DNA of 64,000 bases from Bradymonadia bacterium (GTDB lineage: Bacteria; Myxococcota_A; Bradymonadia; UBA7976; UBA1532). Under the pieces are notes generated by a model. The model made no database searches and was not told the DNA's origin. It saw nothing but the letters and a program-made list of their open reading frames with translations. Shown here piece by piece: positions 29,821-39,782 of the stretch. Position numbers and translations under genes: made by a program. The stretch is from positions 64,001 to 128,000 of the forward strand of contig JBKAGE010000075.1 in NCBI GenBank assembly GCA_046290225.1. The letters run 5' to 3'. The number at the start of each line of letters is the position of its first letter. Position 1 is the stretch's first letter.

Positions 29821-31452
29821 ATGAACACCCTACTCTCACGGATCAAGCAGCAGCTCGCGAAGCTGAACCAACGCCTGACGGGCCCGCAGAAGACGGCCAT
29901 CGGCATGATGTTCTTTTTGCTGCTGCTCATGGTGGGCTTCCTGGCCTACGACGCCTACGACGCCGACTACAAGGCCCTGCCGGCGGAGTACGCCGCGGAG
30001 CAGCTGGGCGGCATCGAGAGCTTCCTGCAGGACAAGGGCATCGACTATCAGATGAGCACCGACGGCACCATCAAGGTGCCGGCCCACATGAGAGACACGG
30101 TGGTGGCGGGCCTCGCCAGCGAGGGCATCATCGGCCGCATCAGCTACGACATCAATCAGATGAGCACCTCGCTCTCGGCGAAGGCACAGGCCGAGTTCCT
30201 GCGGCGTCACCGCGAAGAGGTCCTCGGCCACACCATCGCCGCCTTCGAGCCCGTGCGCAAAGCCCGGGTGAGCCTCGCCCTGCCGAAGGAGAGCGTGTTC
30301 CTCAAGGAAACCCGGCCCCCCTCGGCCTCGGTCATGGTGACGCTGAAATCGAACCAGTCGCTCAGTCAGGCCCAGGTGAAGGGCATCACGCGGCTGGTCT
30401 CCGGTGCGGTGCCCAACCTCAACCCCGACAACGTCGTGGTCATCGACCAGCACTCCAACATCCTCACCGAGACCACCGACAACGTCTTCGGTGTCGGCGG
30501 TGACATCCAGAGCTTCCGGGCGAAAGAAGAGGCCCGCCTGATTCAGGCCATCAGCCGCCAGCTGGAGCGCATCGTAGGCCCCGGGAACTACGAGGTGGCG
30601 GTGCAGGCGGAGATGGACACCCGAACCCTCGAGATCGAACACAAAGACGTGGATCCCAAGCGGGTGGTCTCGGTGAACGAGCAGAGCGTGGTGGAGACCC
30701 AGAGCAACAAGGCCCCCAACGTGGGCGGCAACGCTGGGGCGGCGGCCAACGCCGGCGCCAACGGCGTGGTGCGGACCGGGAGCGCCAGCGATCGCAACCG
30801 CGAAGCCACCTCGACGGTCTCGGAGCCCAGCCGCAAGACCACCCGGACCAAGCGCACCCAGCCCGAGCTCAACCGCCTGTCGGTCTCGGTGCTGGTGAAC
30901 GGTCGCTACGAGGTGCCCAAGCTCAAGCCCGGAGAGAAAGAGCCCAAGGTCGACGACGACGGCAACCCCATCAAGGCCTACACCCCGCTCACCCAGGCTG
31001 AGCTCGACAACATCCGCAAGGTGGTCATCGCCGCGGCGAGCATCGATCTCAAGCGCGGTGATCGTCTCGAGCTGGTGAACTCCAAGTTCACCGAGCCCGC
31101 CATGGCCTCGGAGGACGAGCCCCTCGACGTGATCAGTCGAGAGCGCCTCATGGACAACGCCTTCAAGTACGGCGTCATCGGTGCCATCTCGCTGATGCTG
31201 ATTCTCTTCGTGTTCCGCCCCGGCGTGAAGTGGCTGGTGGCGCCCCCAGAAGACGTGGAGATCCTCGCCGAGGGCGCCCTGCCGGCCCCTGACGAAGACG
31301 AGGCCGCCCTGCCGGGCAACGAAGAGGTGACCAAGTACATCGCCGAGGGCACCCCCCTCGAGCAGGTGAGACAGATCGCCGTCGAAGACCCAGAAGCTGC
31401 CGCCGCCGTGCTCAGAGCCTGGCTGCGGACCGCCTCGGGCAAGATGGTCTAG
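29821..31452 (+). CDS. fliF: Flagellar MS-ring protein FliF
   Basis: Two TM segments; KARVSLALPKESVF...PSASV; RLSVSVLVNG; RGDRLELVN. Confidence 0.93.
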   Translation: MNTLLSRIKQQLAKLNQRLTGPQKTAIGMMFFLLLLMVGFLAYDAYDADYKALPAEYAAEQLGGIESFLQDKGIDYQMSTDGTIKVPAHMRDTVVAGLASEGIIGRISYDINQMSTSLSAKAQAEFLRRHREEVLGHTIAAFEPVRKARVSLALPKESVFLKETRPPSASVMVTLKSNQSLSQAQVKGITRLVSGAVPNLNPDNVVVIDQHSNILTETTDNVFGVGGDIQSFRAKEEARLIQAISRQLERIVGPGNYEVAVQAEMDTRTLEIEHKDVDPKRVVSVNEQSVVETQSNKAPNVGGNAGAAANAGANGVVRTGSASDRNREATSTVSEPSRKTTRTKRTQPELNRLSVSVLVNGRYEVPKLKPGEKEPKVDDDGNPIKAYTPLTQAELDNIRKVVIAAASIDLKRGDRLELVNSKFTEPAMASEDEPLDVISRERLMDNAFKYGVIGAISLMLILFVFRPGVKWLVAPPEDVEILAEGALPAPDEDEAALPGNEEVTKYIAEGTPLEQVRQIAVEDPEAAAAVLRAWLRTASGKMV

Positions 31453-31504
31453 TGACTGCTGAGAGCGCGCTCGGAGCGCACGTTGAGTCGAGAGAGGAGC
31501 CCTG

Positions 31505-32530
31505 ATGCCACCCCCAGGCAAGACCGTCGACATGGAGCCAGACGCCAAGGCCGCCATGGTGTTGATCATGCTCGGCGAGGAGATCGCCAGCGAGCTCTTC
31601 AAGCATCTCAGCGTCGATGAGATCAAAGCCCTCAACGACGGTATGGGCAAGGTGAGGCTCTCCGAGGTGGACGACGACACCCAGGAGCTGATCATCGAGG
31701 AGTATCACGAGATGCTCCAAGGCGACGATCCGCTCATGCTCTCCGACGGCCGGGCCTACCTGCGCAACCTCGTGGAGCGGGCCATGGCGGAAGACGAGGC
31801 CAAGCGGCTCATCGAAGAACTCAACGCCGAGCAGGATCTCAAGATCACCGTGCTCGACCCCATCGATCCCAAGACCATCGCCAACGTGGTGGCCAAGGAG
31901 CACCCGCAGACCATCGCCCTCATTCTGGCTTACACGCAGCCCGACAAGAGCGCCCAGGTGCTCTCGCAGCTGCCCCTGGAGACCCAGGTGGAGGTCTGCT
32001 TGCGCATGGCCAGCCTCGAGTCGGTGAACCCTCAGGTGCTCCGCGACATCGAAGAGGCTCTCAAGACCGAGATGAAGGGCCTCGTGACGAGCCGCGGCCA
32101 GGAGACCTCTGGCGTGCTCATGGTGGCGGAGATTTTGAATAGCATCGAGAAGAGCCAGGAGGAGGTCATCTTCGAGCAGTTGCAGGAAATCGACCCCGAT
32201 CTCGCCGACGAGATCCGCAGCAACATGTTCGTCTTCGAGGACCTGCTCAAGATCGACGACCGCGGCATTCAAGCCCTGCTCAAGGAGGTGGACAACAACA
32301 CCTTGCTGTACGCCCTGAAGATGGCCGCCGACGAATTGAAGAACAAGATCTTCGGCAACCTGTCGAGCCGCGCCGCGGAGATGATCCAGGAAGACATGGA
32401 GGTCATGGGCCCCACCAAGCTGAGCGAGGTGGAGAAGGCCCAGGGCGAGATCACCGCCCTGGCCATGAAGCTCGAGGCCGAGGGCAAGATCGTCATCGCC
32501 AAGGGCGGCGGCGACGAGCAGTATGTGTAA
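31505..32530 (+). CDS. fliG: Flagellar motor switch protein FliG
   Basis: EHPQTIALIL, MFVFEDL, NLSSRAAEMIQED. Confidence 0.96.
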   Translation: MPPPGKTVDMEPDAKAAMVLIMLGEEIASELFKHLSVDEIKALNDGMGKVRLSEVDDDTQELIIEEYHEMLQGDDPLMLSDGRAYLRNLVERAMAEDEAKRLIEELNAEQDLKITVLDPIDPKTIANVVAKEHPQTIALILAYTQPDKSAQVLSQLPLETQVEVCLRMASLESVNPQVLRDIEEALKTEMKGLVTSRGQETSGVLMVAEILNSIEKSQEEVIFEQLQEIDPDLADEIRSNMFVFEDLLKIDDRGIQALLKEVDNNTLLYALKMAADELKNKIFGNLSSRAAEMIQEDMEVMGPTKLSEVEKAQGEITALAMKLEAEGKIVIAKGGGDEQYV

Positions 32531-32543
32531 GGGGCGACGCTGA

Positions 32544-33287
32544 ATGGCGATTCTTCGACCAGAAGAGCAAGGACACATCTCCTCGGCGGTCTTTGGCGTC
32601 GGGGGGCTCACCGATGCCCCCGCAGGCGATGTGCGCCCCTGGAGTCCCGCGGCGCCGGCGGCCCCCGAACCAGAGCCTGCGCCGGAGCCTGTGGTGGAGC
32701 CCGAGAGTGCGCCGCCCGAGCAAGCGGCCCCCGCCGAGCCTCCACCCCCACCGGTCTTTGAGATCCCTGAAGAGCTGTTGGGGGCGCTGTACCAGGAGGT
32801 GTTCCAGCAGGGCCTCGTCGACGGCAGGGCGCAAGGGGTGGCGGAGCTCGAGCCCTACAAGGCGAAGTACCTCAACGCGCTCACGGCCCTCGAAGGCCTC
32901 AGCGAGGCCCTCGTGGAGCGCAACCGGGTGAGCGTGATCACCCTGGCATGCAAGGTGGCGGAGCAGGTGCTCCGTGCCCATCTGCGGCTGAGCCCGGCAG
33001 ATCTCATCGCCCAGGTGCAGTCGGTCATCGCCGAGATGGAGCCCGTGGAAGAGGTGATCGTGAGCGCCTCTGCCGATGACTTCGAGTACCTCACGGCTCA
33101 GAAAGAAGAGCTGGCGCAGGGTGTAGGCGCTGCCTTCACGGTGCAGGTGGTGCAGGACAACACCCTGGAGACAGGCGATTTTCAAGTGGCGACTCAGGGC
33201 ATCACCGCCGACGCCCGTATTCGCCAGCGCATCGCCACCCTCGAAGGGGCCATGCTTCAGGCGGCCTTGGAGGAGGGGACCTCATGA
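32544..33287 (+). CDS. fliH: Flagellar export protein FliH
   Basis: Between fliG and fliI; GxxxG repeats (QQGLVDGRAQG); DNTLETGDFQV. Confidence 0.85.
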   Translation: MAILRPEEQGHISSAVFGVGGLTDAPAGDVRPWSPAAPAAPEPEPAPEPVVEPESAPPEQAAPAEPPPPPVFEIPEELLGALYQEVFQQGLVDGRAQGVAELEPYKAKYLNALTALEGLSEALVERNRVSVITLACKVAEQVLRAHLRLSPADLIAQVQSVIAEMEPVEEVIVSASADDFEYLTAQKEELAQGVGAAFTVQVVQDNTLETGDFQVATQGITADARIRQRIATLEGAMLQAALEEGTS

Positions 33288-34654
33288 GCGCCTCCCTGCT
33301 CGATCGCTTCGCCCCGGACTGGGAGACCCTGAGCCGAGGCATCGCCACCCTCGGCCGGCCCGATCAGGCCCTGGGGGTGAGCCTCACCGGCCGCGTAGAG
33401 CAGGTGGTAGGTCTGGTCATCGAGGCCGTGGTGCCTGAGGCTCGCATCGGCGCGCTGTACCATGTGGACATCCCCGGTCGAGTACCGTTGGTGGCCGAGG
33501 TGGTGGGCTTTCGGGCCAAGACGGCGTTGATGATGCCCCTCGGTGAGATCGAAGGCGTGCGCCAGGGTTGCCCTGTGCGCCCCATGAAGTCTCGCGCCGT
33601 GGCTCCGGTGGGCCCAGCGTTCCTCGGTCGAGCCATCGACGGGCTCGGCAGACCCCTCGACGGTGGCCCCATGCCCGAGGTGGCCGAGCTGGCCCCGCTG
33701 TACGCCAACCCCCCGAACCCCATGCTCAGAGCGCCGGTGCGTCAGCCGCTGTCGCTGGGTGTGCGGGCCATCGACGCCATGCTCACCTGCGGTCGCGGTC
33801 AGCGCCTGGGCATCATGGCGGGCTCCGGCGTGGGTAAGTCGACGTTGCTGGGCATGATGGCCCGCCAGACCGAAGCAGACGTGAACGTCATCGCCCTCAT
33901 CGGGGAGCGAGGCCGAGAGGTGCGCAACTTCGTAGAGCGCGATCTGGGCCCCGAGGGCATGAAGCGCTCGGTGCTGGTGGTGGCCACCAGCGACACCGCG
34001 CCCTTGATCCGGATCCGGGCTGCCTGGCTCGCCACCACCCTTGCGGAGTACTTCAGGCGTCAGGGCCAGCACGTACTGCTCATGATGGACTCCCTCACCC
34101 GCTTCGCCATGGCGCAGCGCGAGGTGGGCCTCGCCGTGGGTGAGCCCCCCACCACCCGCGGGTACACCCCCAGCGTCTTCACCCTGTTGCCTCGCTTGCT
34201 CGAGCGGGCAGGGAACGACGACGGCGAAGGCACCCTCACCGGGCTCTACACCGTGCTCGTCGAGGGGGACGACATGAACGATCCCGTGGGTGACGCTTCC
34301 CGAGCCATCCTCGACGGGCACATCGTGCTCAGCCGCGCCCTCGCCGCTCGGGCCCACTATCCCAGCATCGACATCCTCGAGAGCGCCAGCCGCTGCATGA
34401 ACGAGGTGACCACCAAGGCGCACCAGCAAGCAGCGGGCAAGGTGCGTCGGCTCATGGCCACCTGGGCGAAGGTGGAAGATCTCATTCGGATCGGCGCCTA
34501 TCAGCAGGGGAGTGATCCCGCTGCGGATGCTGCGGTGGCCCACATCGAATCCATCAACATGTTGCTGCAGCAGGGGGTGGAAGAGAACGCCACCTTCGAG
34601 AGAGCCGAGCAACAGCTCACGGCCATCGCCCGCAGGGCAGGAGGTGGGGCATGA
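33284..34654 (+). CDS. fliI: Flagellar export ATPase FliI
   Basis: AGSGVGKST, LIGERGREV, MDSLTRFA, LDGHIVLSR. Confidence 0.95.
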   Translation: MSASLLDRFAPDWETLSRGIATLGRPDQALGVSLTGRVEQVVGLVIEAVVPEARIGALYHVDIPGRVPLVAEVVGFRAKTALMMPLGEIEGVRQGCPVRPMKSRAVAPVGPAFLGRAIDGLGRPLDGGPMPEVAELAPLYANPPNPMLRAPVRQPLSLGVRAIDAMLTCGRGQRLGIMAGSGVGKSTLLGMMARQTEADVNVIALIGERGREVRNFVERDLGPEGMKRSVLVVATSDTAPLIRIRAAWLATTLAEYFRRQGQHVLLMMDSLTRFAMAQREVGLAVGEPPTTRGYTPSVFTLLPRLLERAGNDDGEGTLTGLYTVLVEGDDMNDPVGDASRAILDGHIVLSRALAARAHYPSIDILESASRCMNEVTTKAHQQAAGKVRRLMATWAKVEDLIRIGAYQQGSDPAADAAVAHIESINMLLQQGVEENATFERAEQQLTAIARRAGGGA

Positions 34655-35358
34655 CACGCATCGCGTTGTTGGCGCTCCTCGTGGCGGCGCCCGCCATGGC
34701 CCAGGACAAGACGGAGCCACCGAAGGCGGCGGAGTCGAAGCCGGCCAAGACTGCCAAGGCGTCTAAAAAAATGGCCAAAAAAGACGAGGTGCCCGAGGTG
34801 CCTTACGAGCTGCCAGTCATGCCCAAGCCGGGCTCACCCCTGGACACCGTCGACACGCTCGACCCCGCCAACCTCATGGATCAAGGCCAGGTGCTCCGGT
34901 TCTTCCGTCAGGCCCGGGCCCGAGAGCGCGCCGCGAACCGGAAGTCTCTCGAGGCTGATCGTCGCATCGAGCGGCTGGGCAAGATGACCGCCGATCTCGA
35001 GTCTCGCTACGCCGCCTTGAGGGTGGTGCAAGAAGAGCTCTCCGCCAGCATGGAGAAAGAGCAGGCTCGGGTGGCTGCGGAGAAAAAGCGCGCTCAAGAA
35101 GAAGCAGACAATCAGAAGAAGGTTGCAGAGGGTCCCGAGCACGAGGCCAACATCGAGCGGCTGGCGTCGGTCTTCAACAAGATGAAGCCGGCGAAGGCGG
35201 GCAAGGTGGTGGCCCGCATGGACAAGAGCCTGGTGGTGGAGGTGCTCATGCGCCTCAAAGATCGTCAGGCTGCGAAGATTCTCGCCGAGGTGGAGCCCTC
35301 GGTGGCGGCGCGGCTGTCCCAGATGATGGCGGCCCGCAAGGCCAGACAGACCAACTGA
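34651..35358 (+). CDS. MotE/FlbB/YlxF-like flagellar protein (coiled coil + MgtE_N-like domain)
   Basis: Signal peptide; coiled coil; LASVFNKMKPAKAG...AAKILAEV. Confidence 0.75.
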   Translation: MTRIALLALLVAAPAMAQDKTEPPKAAESKPAKTAKASKKMAKKDEVPEVPYELPVMPKPGSPLDTVDTLDPANLMDQGQVLRFFRQARARERAANRKSLEADRRIERLGKMTADLESRYAALRVVQEELSASMEKEQARVAAEKKRAQEEADNQKKVAEGPEHEANIERLASVFNKMKPAKAGKVVARMDKSLVVEVLMRLKDRQAAKILAEVEPSVAARLSQMMAARKARQTN

Positions 35359-35416
35359 TCTACGATCTCCCCGAACAATGGGGACACAGCATCGCTTTGG
35401 AAGATAGGAGACAGTC

Positions 35417-36949
35417 ATGCAGACAGTCCTCGGTGGCGGGGTGCGCCCTGCTGGGGCTCAAAGTGGCCAGCCTTCATCGGCACAGAGCGGTGAGTCGCTC
35501 GGAGGTGAGGGCTTCGAGGCGCTGCTCACAGGCGCTGTGGCCCCAGCGTCGTCCAAGTCGATTGAGGGGGCCCCACACAGTGGTGAAGACGCCACCGAGC
35601 AAGCTGGCGAGAGTCAGGACGAGACGGTCGACATGGCCTCGGTGATGGCTTTCAACGCCTCAGCTCTGGTCAATGAACAACTGTCGATGAGCACTCCTCC
35701 TCAGGTCACCGGGGGCATGCCTCAAGCAGGGCAGGGGAAGCATCACTCTCTCGGACATGGGCCTCTCGGCTCTCAAACTGTGCTGCAGCCCGTCGGTGTG
35801 CAATTGCCCGTTGGGCAGAGTGGTGAAGTCAGCGGTGATGAGATGGGGACGCCCCAAGTCAAGGCTCCGCAGGTCGTAGCTGCGGAGGTGACCGTCTCGG
35901 AGATCGCTGCATCAACCCGAAGCGTTGGCGCCGCTGGGACGCAAGGCTCTGGAGCTCCAGGCTGGTCAGGTCAGGCCCCAAGTGTCCAAATCGCTACGCA
36001 GCAGCCCTCCGTACGCATCGATGCGCTGGCGCTCAAGAGCAGAGACATGGACTCGAGCGTCATCCTCGAAGTTCAAGACGACATGGTGTTGGAGTCCATC
36101 GAGCTGAGCGTGCCCAAGGCGGTTCGATTCGAGATGCCTGCTGTGGTGCAGGGGGCACGCACACCAGCAGCTCCGTCAATCGAGCCGCCCGCCGTGGACC
36201 TCGCCGCAGAGCCAAAACAGGAGATCGCTTCCGAAAAGGCCGGCTTCGAGTCGGAGTCCGCCTCTGATGATGGGGCAGAGGCTGACGCTCGTTCCCAACA
36301 ACAGGGTCAGCGACAGAGCCACAGCGAGGGCCGATTCGCCAACACGACCCGGCTCACGGCTCAGGGCGCGGCGCCAGCGTCGATCAACGCCCCCGCTGCA
36401 TCGATCAACGCCCCTGTGGAGGTGACCTCACCTCTACCCAACAACGCACCCGCCCAGACCTCGACCCCGGGACGGCCGACCATGCCCGACACGGAGTCGA
36501 TCATGCGTCAGATCACCGACGGACTGCGGGTGAAGACTGACGGTGGGATCCGCCGAGCGGAGATGGTCCTGCAGCCCGAAGCCCTGGGCAAAGTGCAGAT
36601 GGAGATGGAGATCGAGGGCCAGAACGTACGTCTCAGGCTGATCACCGAGCGATCTGACGTGCAGGCCCTCGCCCGAGCGCAAGAAGGCCAGCTGCGCTCG
36701 GCACTCATGGCACAGGGCCTGCAGATAGAGAGCATCACCATCGAAACCGCCGAGCCACCCGTGGGGCAACAGCACCATGAGGGGCAACAGCCGGGCAATG
36801 GCTTCGGACAGACGGCGAGTGGTCAGGGAGACGGCAGGCGTCACAGCCAGGCCCTCGACCACGGACCAGAAGATCGATGGGGTGAGGTTCAACCCGAGGC
36901 CTCGGAGGCGCCGGTGACGGCCCCCGGGCGCTTGCGTTTGAAGGCATAG
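35417..36949 (+). CDS. fliK: Flagellar hook-length control protein FliK
   Basis: Low-complexity N-terminus; AEMVLQPEALGKVQ...LRSALMAQGL; directly upstream of flgD. Confidence 0.88.
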   Translation: MQTVLGGGVRPAGAQSGQPSSAQSGESLGGEGFEALLTGAVAPASSKSIEGAPHSGEDATEQAGESQDETVDMASVMAFNASALVNEQLSMSTPPQVTGGMPQAGQGKHHSLGHGPLGSQTVLQPVGVQLPVGQSGEVSGDEMGTPQVKAPQVVAAEVTVSEIAASTRSVGAAGTQGSGAPGWSGQAPSVQIATQQPSVRIDALALKSRDMDSSVILEVQDDMVLESIELSVPKAVRFEMPAVVQGARTPAAPSIEPPAVDLAAEPKQEIASEKAGFESESASDDGAEADARSQQQGQRQSHSEGRFANTTRLTAQGAAPASINAPAASINAPVEVTSPLPNNAPAQTSTPGRPTMPDTESIMRQITDGLRVKTDGGIRRAEMVLQPEALGKVQMEMEIEGQNVRLRLITERSDVQALARAQEGQLRSALMAQGLQIESITIETAEPPVGQQHHEGQQPGNGFGQTASGQGDGRRHSQALDHGPEDRWGEVQPEASEAPVTAPGRLRLKA

Positions 36950-36961
36950 AAAGGAGGTCGT

Positions 36962-37627
36962 GTGTCGATCAGCGTCGTCGATCAGGCCGATCAGCTCGCC
37001 GCGCAGACGGTTTCAGCAGATCGCCAGCAGGCCAGCATGGACAAAGAGGCCTTCCTCACCCTGCTGGTGGCTCAGATCTCCAATCAAGATCCGATGAACG
37101 CTCAGGGCAGTGAGCAGTTCATGGAGCAGATCAGCCAGTTCTCCATGCTCGAGCAGATGATGAATCTGAACGAGGGGGTGAACCGCCTGGCCCTGGGCCA
37201 GATCAGCAACAACAACCAGGAGGCCCTGACCTTCGTGGGTCGGGACATCGTCTCCGGCAGTGATCAGATCGAGCGCATCGACGGCGCCCCGGTGGAGTTC
37301 CAGGTGCGCCCTGGCGGTCCGGCGTCGGAGCTGACGGTGCGCATCTATGACAGCGAGGGCGAGTTGGTCCGCACGATGGACGGTGCTTCGTCCCCAGATG
37401 GTGCCCCGGTGGATCTCACCTGGGACGGCCTGGACGAGGAGGGCGGCCCCACACCGGATGGTCGCTATCGCATCGAGGTGGAGGGCGCCAGCGCCGACGG
37501 CGAGGTGGTGTTGTCTCAAGTGCGGACCCGCGGTCGAGTGACCGGGGTGCGCTTCGACGAAGGTTATCCAGAGCTCCTGGTGGGCGACCGCCGGGTGAAG
37601 ATGTCCGAGGTGGTGGAGGTGGAGTGA
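36962..37627 (+). CDS. flgD: Flagellar hook capping protein FlgD
   Basis: AGGAGG RBS; DKEAFLTLLVAQISNQDPMN, WDGLDEEG. Confidence 0.94.
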   Translation: MSISVVDQADQLAAQTVSADRQQASMDKEAFLTLLVAQISNQDPMNAQGSEQFMEQISQFSMLEQMMNLNEGVNRLALGQISNNNQEALTFVGRDIVSGSDQIERIDGAPVEFQVRPGGPASELTVRIYDSEGELVRTMDGASSPDGAPVDLTWDGLDEEGGPTPDGRYRIEVEGASADGEVVLSQVRTRGRVTGVRFDEGYPELLVGDRRVKMSEVVEVE

Positions 37628-37664
37628 ACCACCTCCCTGAAATCCCTCAAGAAAGGAAGATGAG

Positions 37665-38951
37665 ATGAGCAGTTTGCTGGGATCGATGTACACCGGAAAC
37701 TCGGGCATCCAGGTCAACGGGATCGGGGTGTCGGTGGTGGGCGACAACATCGCCAACACGAACACCACGGGTTTCAAGGCCTCCCGAGCGCACTTTCAAG
37801 AGACGTTCTCCCAGATGATGGTGAACACCCGCGGCTCGGATCAGCTGGGCAAGGGGGCTACGCTGCAACGCATCGAGAAGATGTTCTCTGCGGGCAGCTT
37901 CAAGGCCACGGGGGTGCCCACGGACATGGCGATCAACGGGGATGGCTTCTTCATCACCAATGATCCACAGCAGCCGGGGGCGAACATGTACACCCGCGCT
38001 GGGGCCTTCCGCTTCGACAACGAGAACTACCTGGTAGACCCTGGGGGCAACCGCGTGCAGGGCTTCTCCGCAGGCACGGATGGCACGGTGAACACCGCCC
38101 TGGGCGACATTCAGCTCGACGCCTCGATGATGCCGCCCTCGGCGACGACGACGGTGGAGATGCAGGCGAACCTGAACCCCGAGCCTTCGGAGGCGGGCCA
38201 GCCCCCGGACACCTTCCGCCAGGGCATGACCATCTACGACAGCACGGGGGTGAGCCGTCAGGTGACGGCGGTGTTCACGCCGAACGCCGGGAACGCGGGT
38301 CAGTGGGACGTGACGCTGGAGGTGCCCACCTCAGATCTGGCGGCGCCTGCTGATCCGAACGCCGAGTTCGAGTCGATCAACGTGGGCTCGATCACCTTCA
38401 ACGACTCCGGACGCCTGGATCAGCAGAACCTGAACAACCCGGTGGCCATCGGCTGGAACAACGCCGCCGCGGGTGCGGTGAGCTTCGACTTCGGCGATGA
38501 CATCCAGGGGGGTGGCACGGGGGCCTCGGGGGTGACGCAATACGCCCTGCAGCCGAGCCAGCTCTCTGATCTGCAGACGGACGGCAACGCCCCAGGCAGC
38601 CTCGACGGCGTCATCATCGACGATCAAGGCCGCATCAACATGGCCTACACCAACGGCGAGACCCGCATCGCCGGCCAGGTGGCCCTGGCCCGCTTCAATG
38701 ATCCCACCGAGCTGGTCTCGGTGGGCGGCAACGGCTTCATCGCCTCGCCCGCCAGTGGCGAAGCTGTGGTGGGCAACCCGGGCACTGGCGGCCGCGGCGC
38801 GGTGCAGTCGGGGGCCCTGGAAATGTCGAACGTAGAGCTCTCCGAGCAGTTCGTGGATCTGATCGCCTTCCAGCGTGGCTATCAGGGGAACGCACGAACG
38901 ATCACCACCGCCGATAATCTGCTTCAGGAGGTGATCCAGCTCGTCCGATAG
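37665..38951 (+). CDS. flgE: Flagellar hook protein FlgE
   Basis: GDNIANTNTTGFK, YTRAGAF, LEMSNVEL...QRGYQGNARTI. Confidence 0.96.
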   Translation: MSSLLGSMYTGNSGIQVNGIGVSVVGDNIANTNTTGFKASRAHFQETFSQMMVNTRGSDQLGKGATLQRIEKMFSAGSFKATGVPTDMAINGDGFFITNDPQQPGANMYTRAGAFRFDNENYLVDPGGNRVQGFSAGTDGTVNTALGDIQLDASMMPPSATTTVEMQANLNPEPSEAGQPPDTFRQGMTIYDSTGVSRQVTAVFTPNAGNAGQWDVTLEVPTSDLAAPADPNAEFESINVGSITFNDSGRLDQQNLNNPVAIGWNNAAAGAVSFDFGDDIQGGGTGASGVTQYALQPSQLSDLQTDGNAPGSLDGVIIDDQGRINMAYTNGETRIAGQVALARFNDPTELVSVGGNGFIASPASGEAVVGNPGTGGRGAVQSGALEMSNVELSEQFVDLIAFQRGYQGNARTITTADNLLQEVIQLVR

Positions 38952-38961
38952 ATTGTAGAGT

Positions 38962-38998
38962 GGGGCGCCCGCGTTATGGTGCGGGCGCGCTCTTTTTT
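38962..38998 (+). terminator. Intrinsic terminator after flgE
   Basis: gcgcccgc/gcgggcgc stem followed by ctctttttt. Confidence 0.7.
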
Positions 38999-39020
38999 CA
39001 TCTAACTGTGTACCTGGCCC

Positions 39021-39186
39021 GGTGGATGTCGACCCATGTCCGCCAGAGCGCTGTGTGCACGCCTATTTATCAAGCTCGCCTGATCATTGGGCGCGACCCA
39101 CGCCTTCTGATCCTCGACAGGCCCCTGGTTATCTGAGAGACCCCATCTGGCCACCTGACGCGACCCACGTCAGGTGGCTTTTTTTT
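39021..39186 (+). ncRNA. Candidate small RNA with three CGACCCA-loop hairpins, the last a terminator
   Basis: Hairpins 39021-39044, 39082-39112 and 39150-39178, each with CGACCCA at the apex; T8 tail; 5' end not defined. Confidence 0.55.
39150..39186 (+). terminator. Strong intrinsic terminator
   Basis: Perfect 11-bp stem gccacctgacg/cgtcaggtggc followed by 8 T. Confidence 0.85.
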
Positions 39187-39216
39187 ATGGCTCCATCACA
39201 CATGTGAGGGGGGCAT

Positions 39217-39759
39217 CGAATTGGGGGTCGACGGAGGTGGTGGCTGGGCCTTTGTAGGCAGTTATCGCTTCGCTCTGACTGCGTAGGCGCCGGGCCTTCG
39301 GCAGCCCTGCGGGCCGCCTCGTCTGGCGCGTACACGTTCAGGCACCTGCTGACGCAGGCACCTTCCCGGGTAGGCAGGGTCGCTCAATGCTGACGCATTG
39401 ATTGCTCGCTCCCCTGCGTAAAGAGCTTCTTCTGTATCTCGTTGCTTAACCCCGCCGGGGTTCGGCCTACCGCGAACCTGAAAGCCTCTGAGTATGAACG
39501 CTAGGCGTAAGCCCCAACAGCGTTGGAAGCAGCACAAAGCCACACCAAAAGTGACTTTTTACGCAGGGGAGCGAGCGAATAAGGCGAAGCCTTGAGCGAC
39601 CCTGCCTACCCGGAGGCCTGCTCGCGCCAGCGAGCGTGCCGACGTGTACGCAGCTCCAAGGCGGGCCGCAGGCCGGCCGACAGAGCTGCCTACGCAGGCG
39701 GAGCGAAGCGACGACTGCCTACAAAGGCCCAGCCACCACCTCCATCACTCCCCAATTCG
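39217..39759. mobile_element. Long palindromic REP/REPIN-like element, copy 1
   Basis: About 200-bp imperfect inverted arms containing GTAGGC motifs, around a 135-bp core (39423-39557); homologous to 54298-54811; no transposase in the window, so mobility is inferred. Confidence 0.7.
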
Positions 39760-39782
39760 GCACTTGGCCAGTTCTCTCGTTC

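Noticed and set aside
35379..35396. Internal sigma54 promoter before fliK
   Set aside because: GG-N10-GC spacing is present but the match to TGGCAC/TTGC is too weak in GC-rich DNA.
38910..38917. Perfect sigma28 -10 (GCCGATAA) near the end of flgE
   Set aside because: It is explained by the Ala-Asp-Asn codons and has no TAAA-like -35 at the right spacing.
39021..39186. CRISPR array suggested by the ~65-nt periodicity
   Set aside because: Only 7 nt are identical between units, there are only three units, and no cas genes are in the window.
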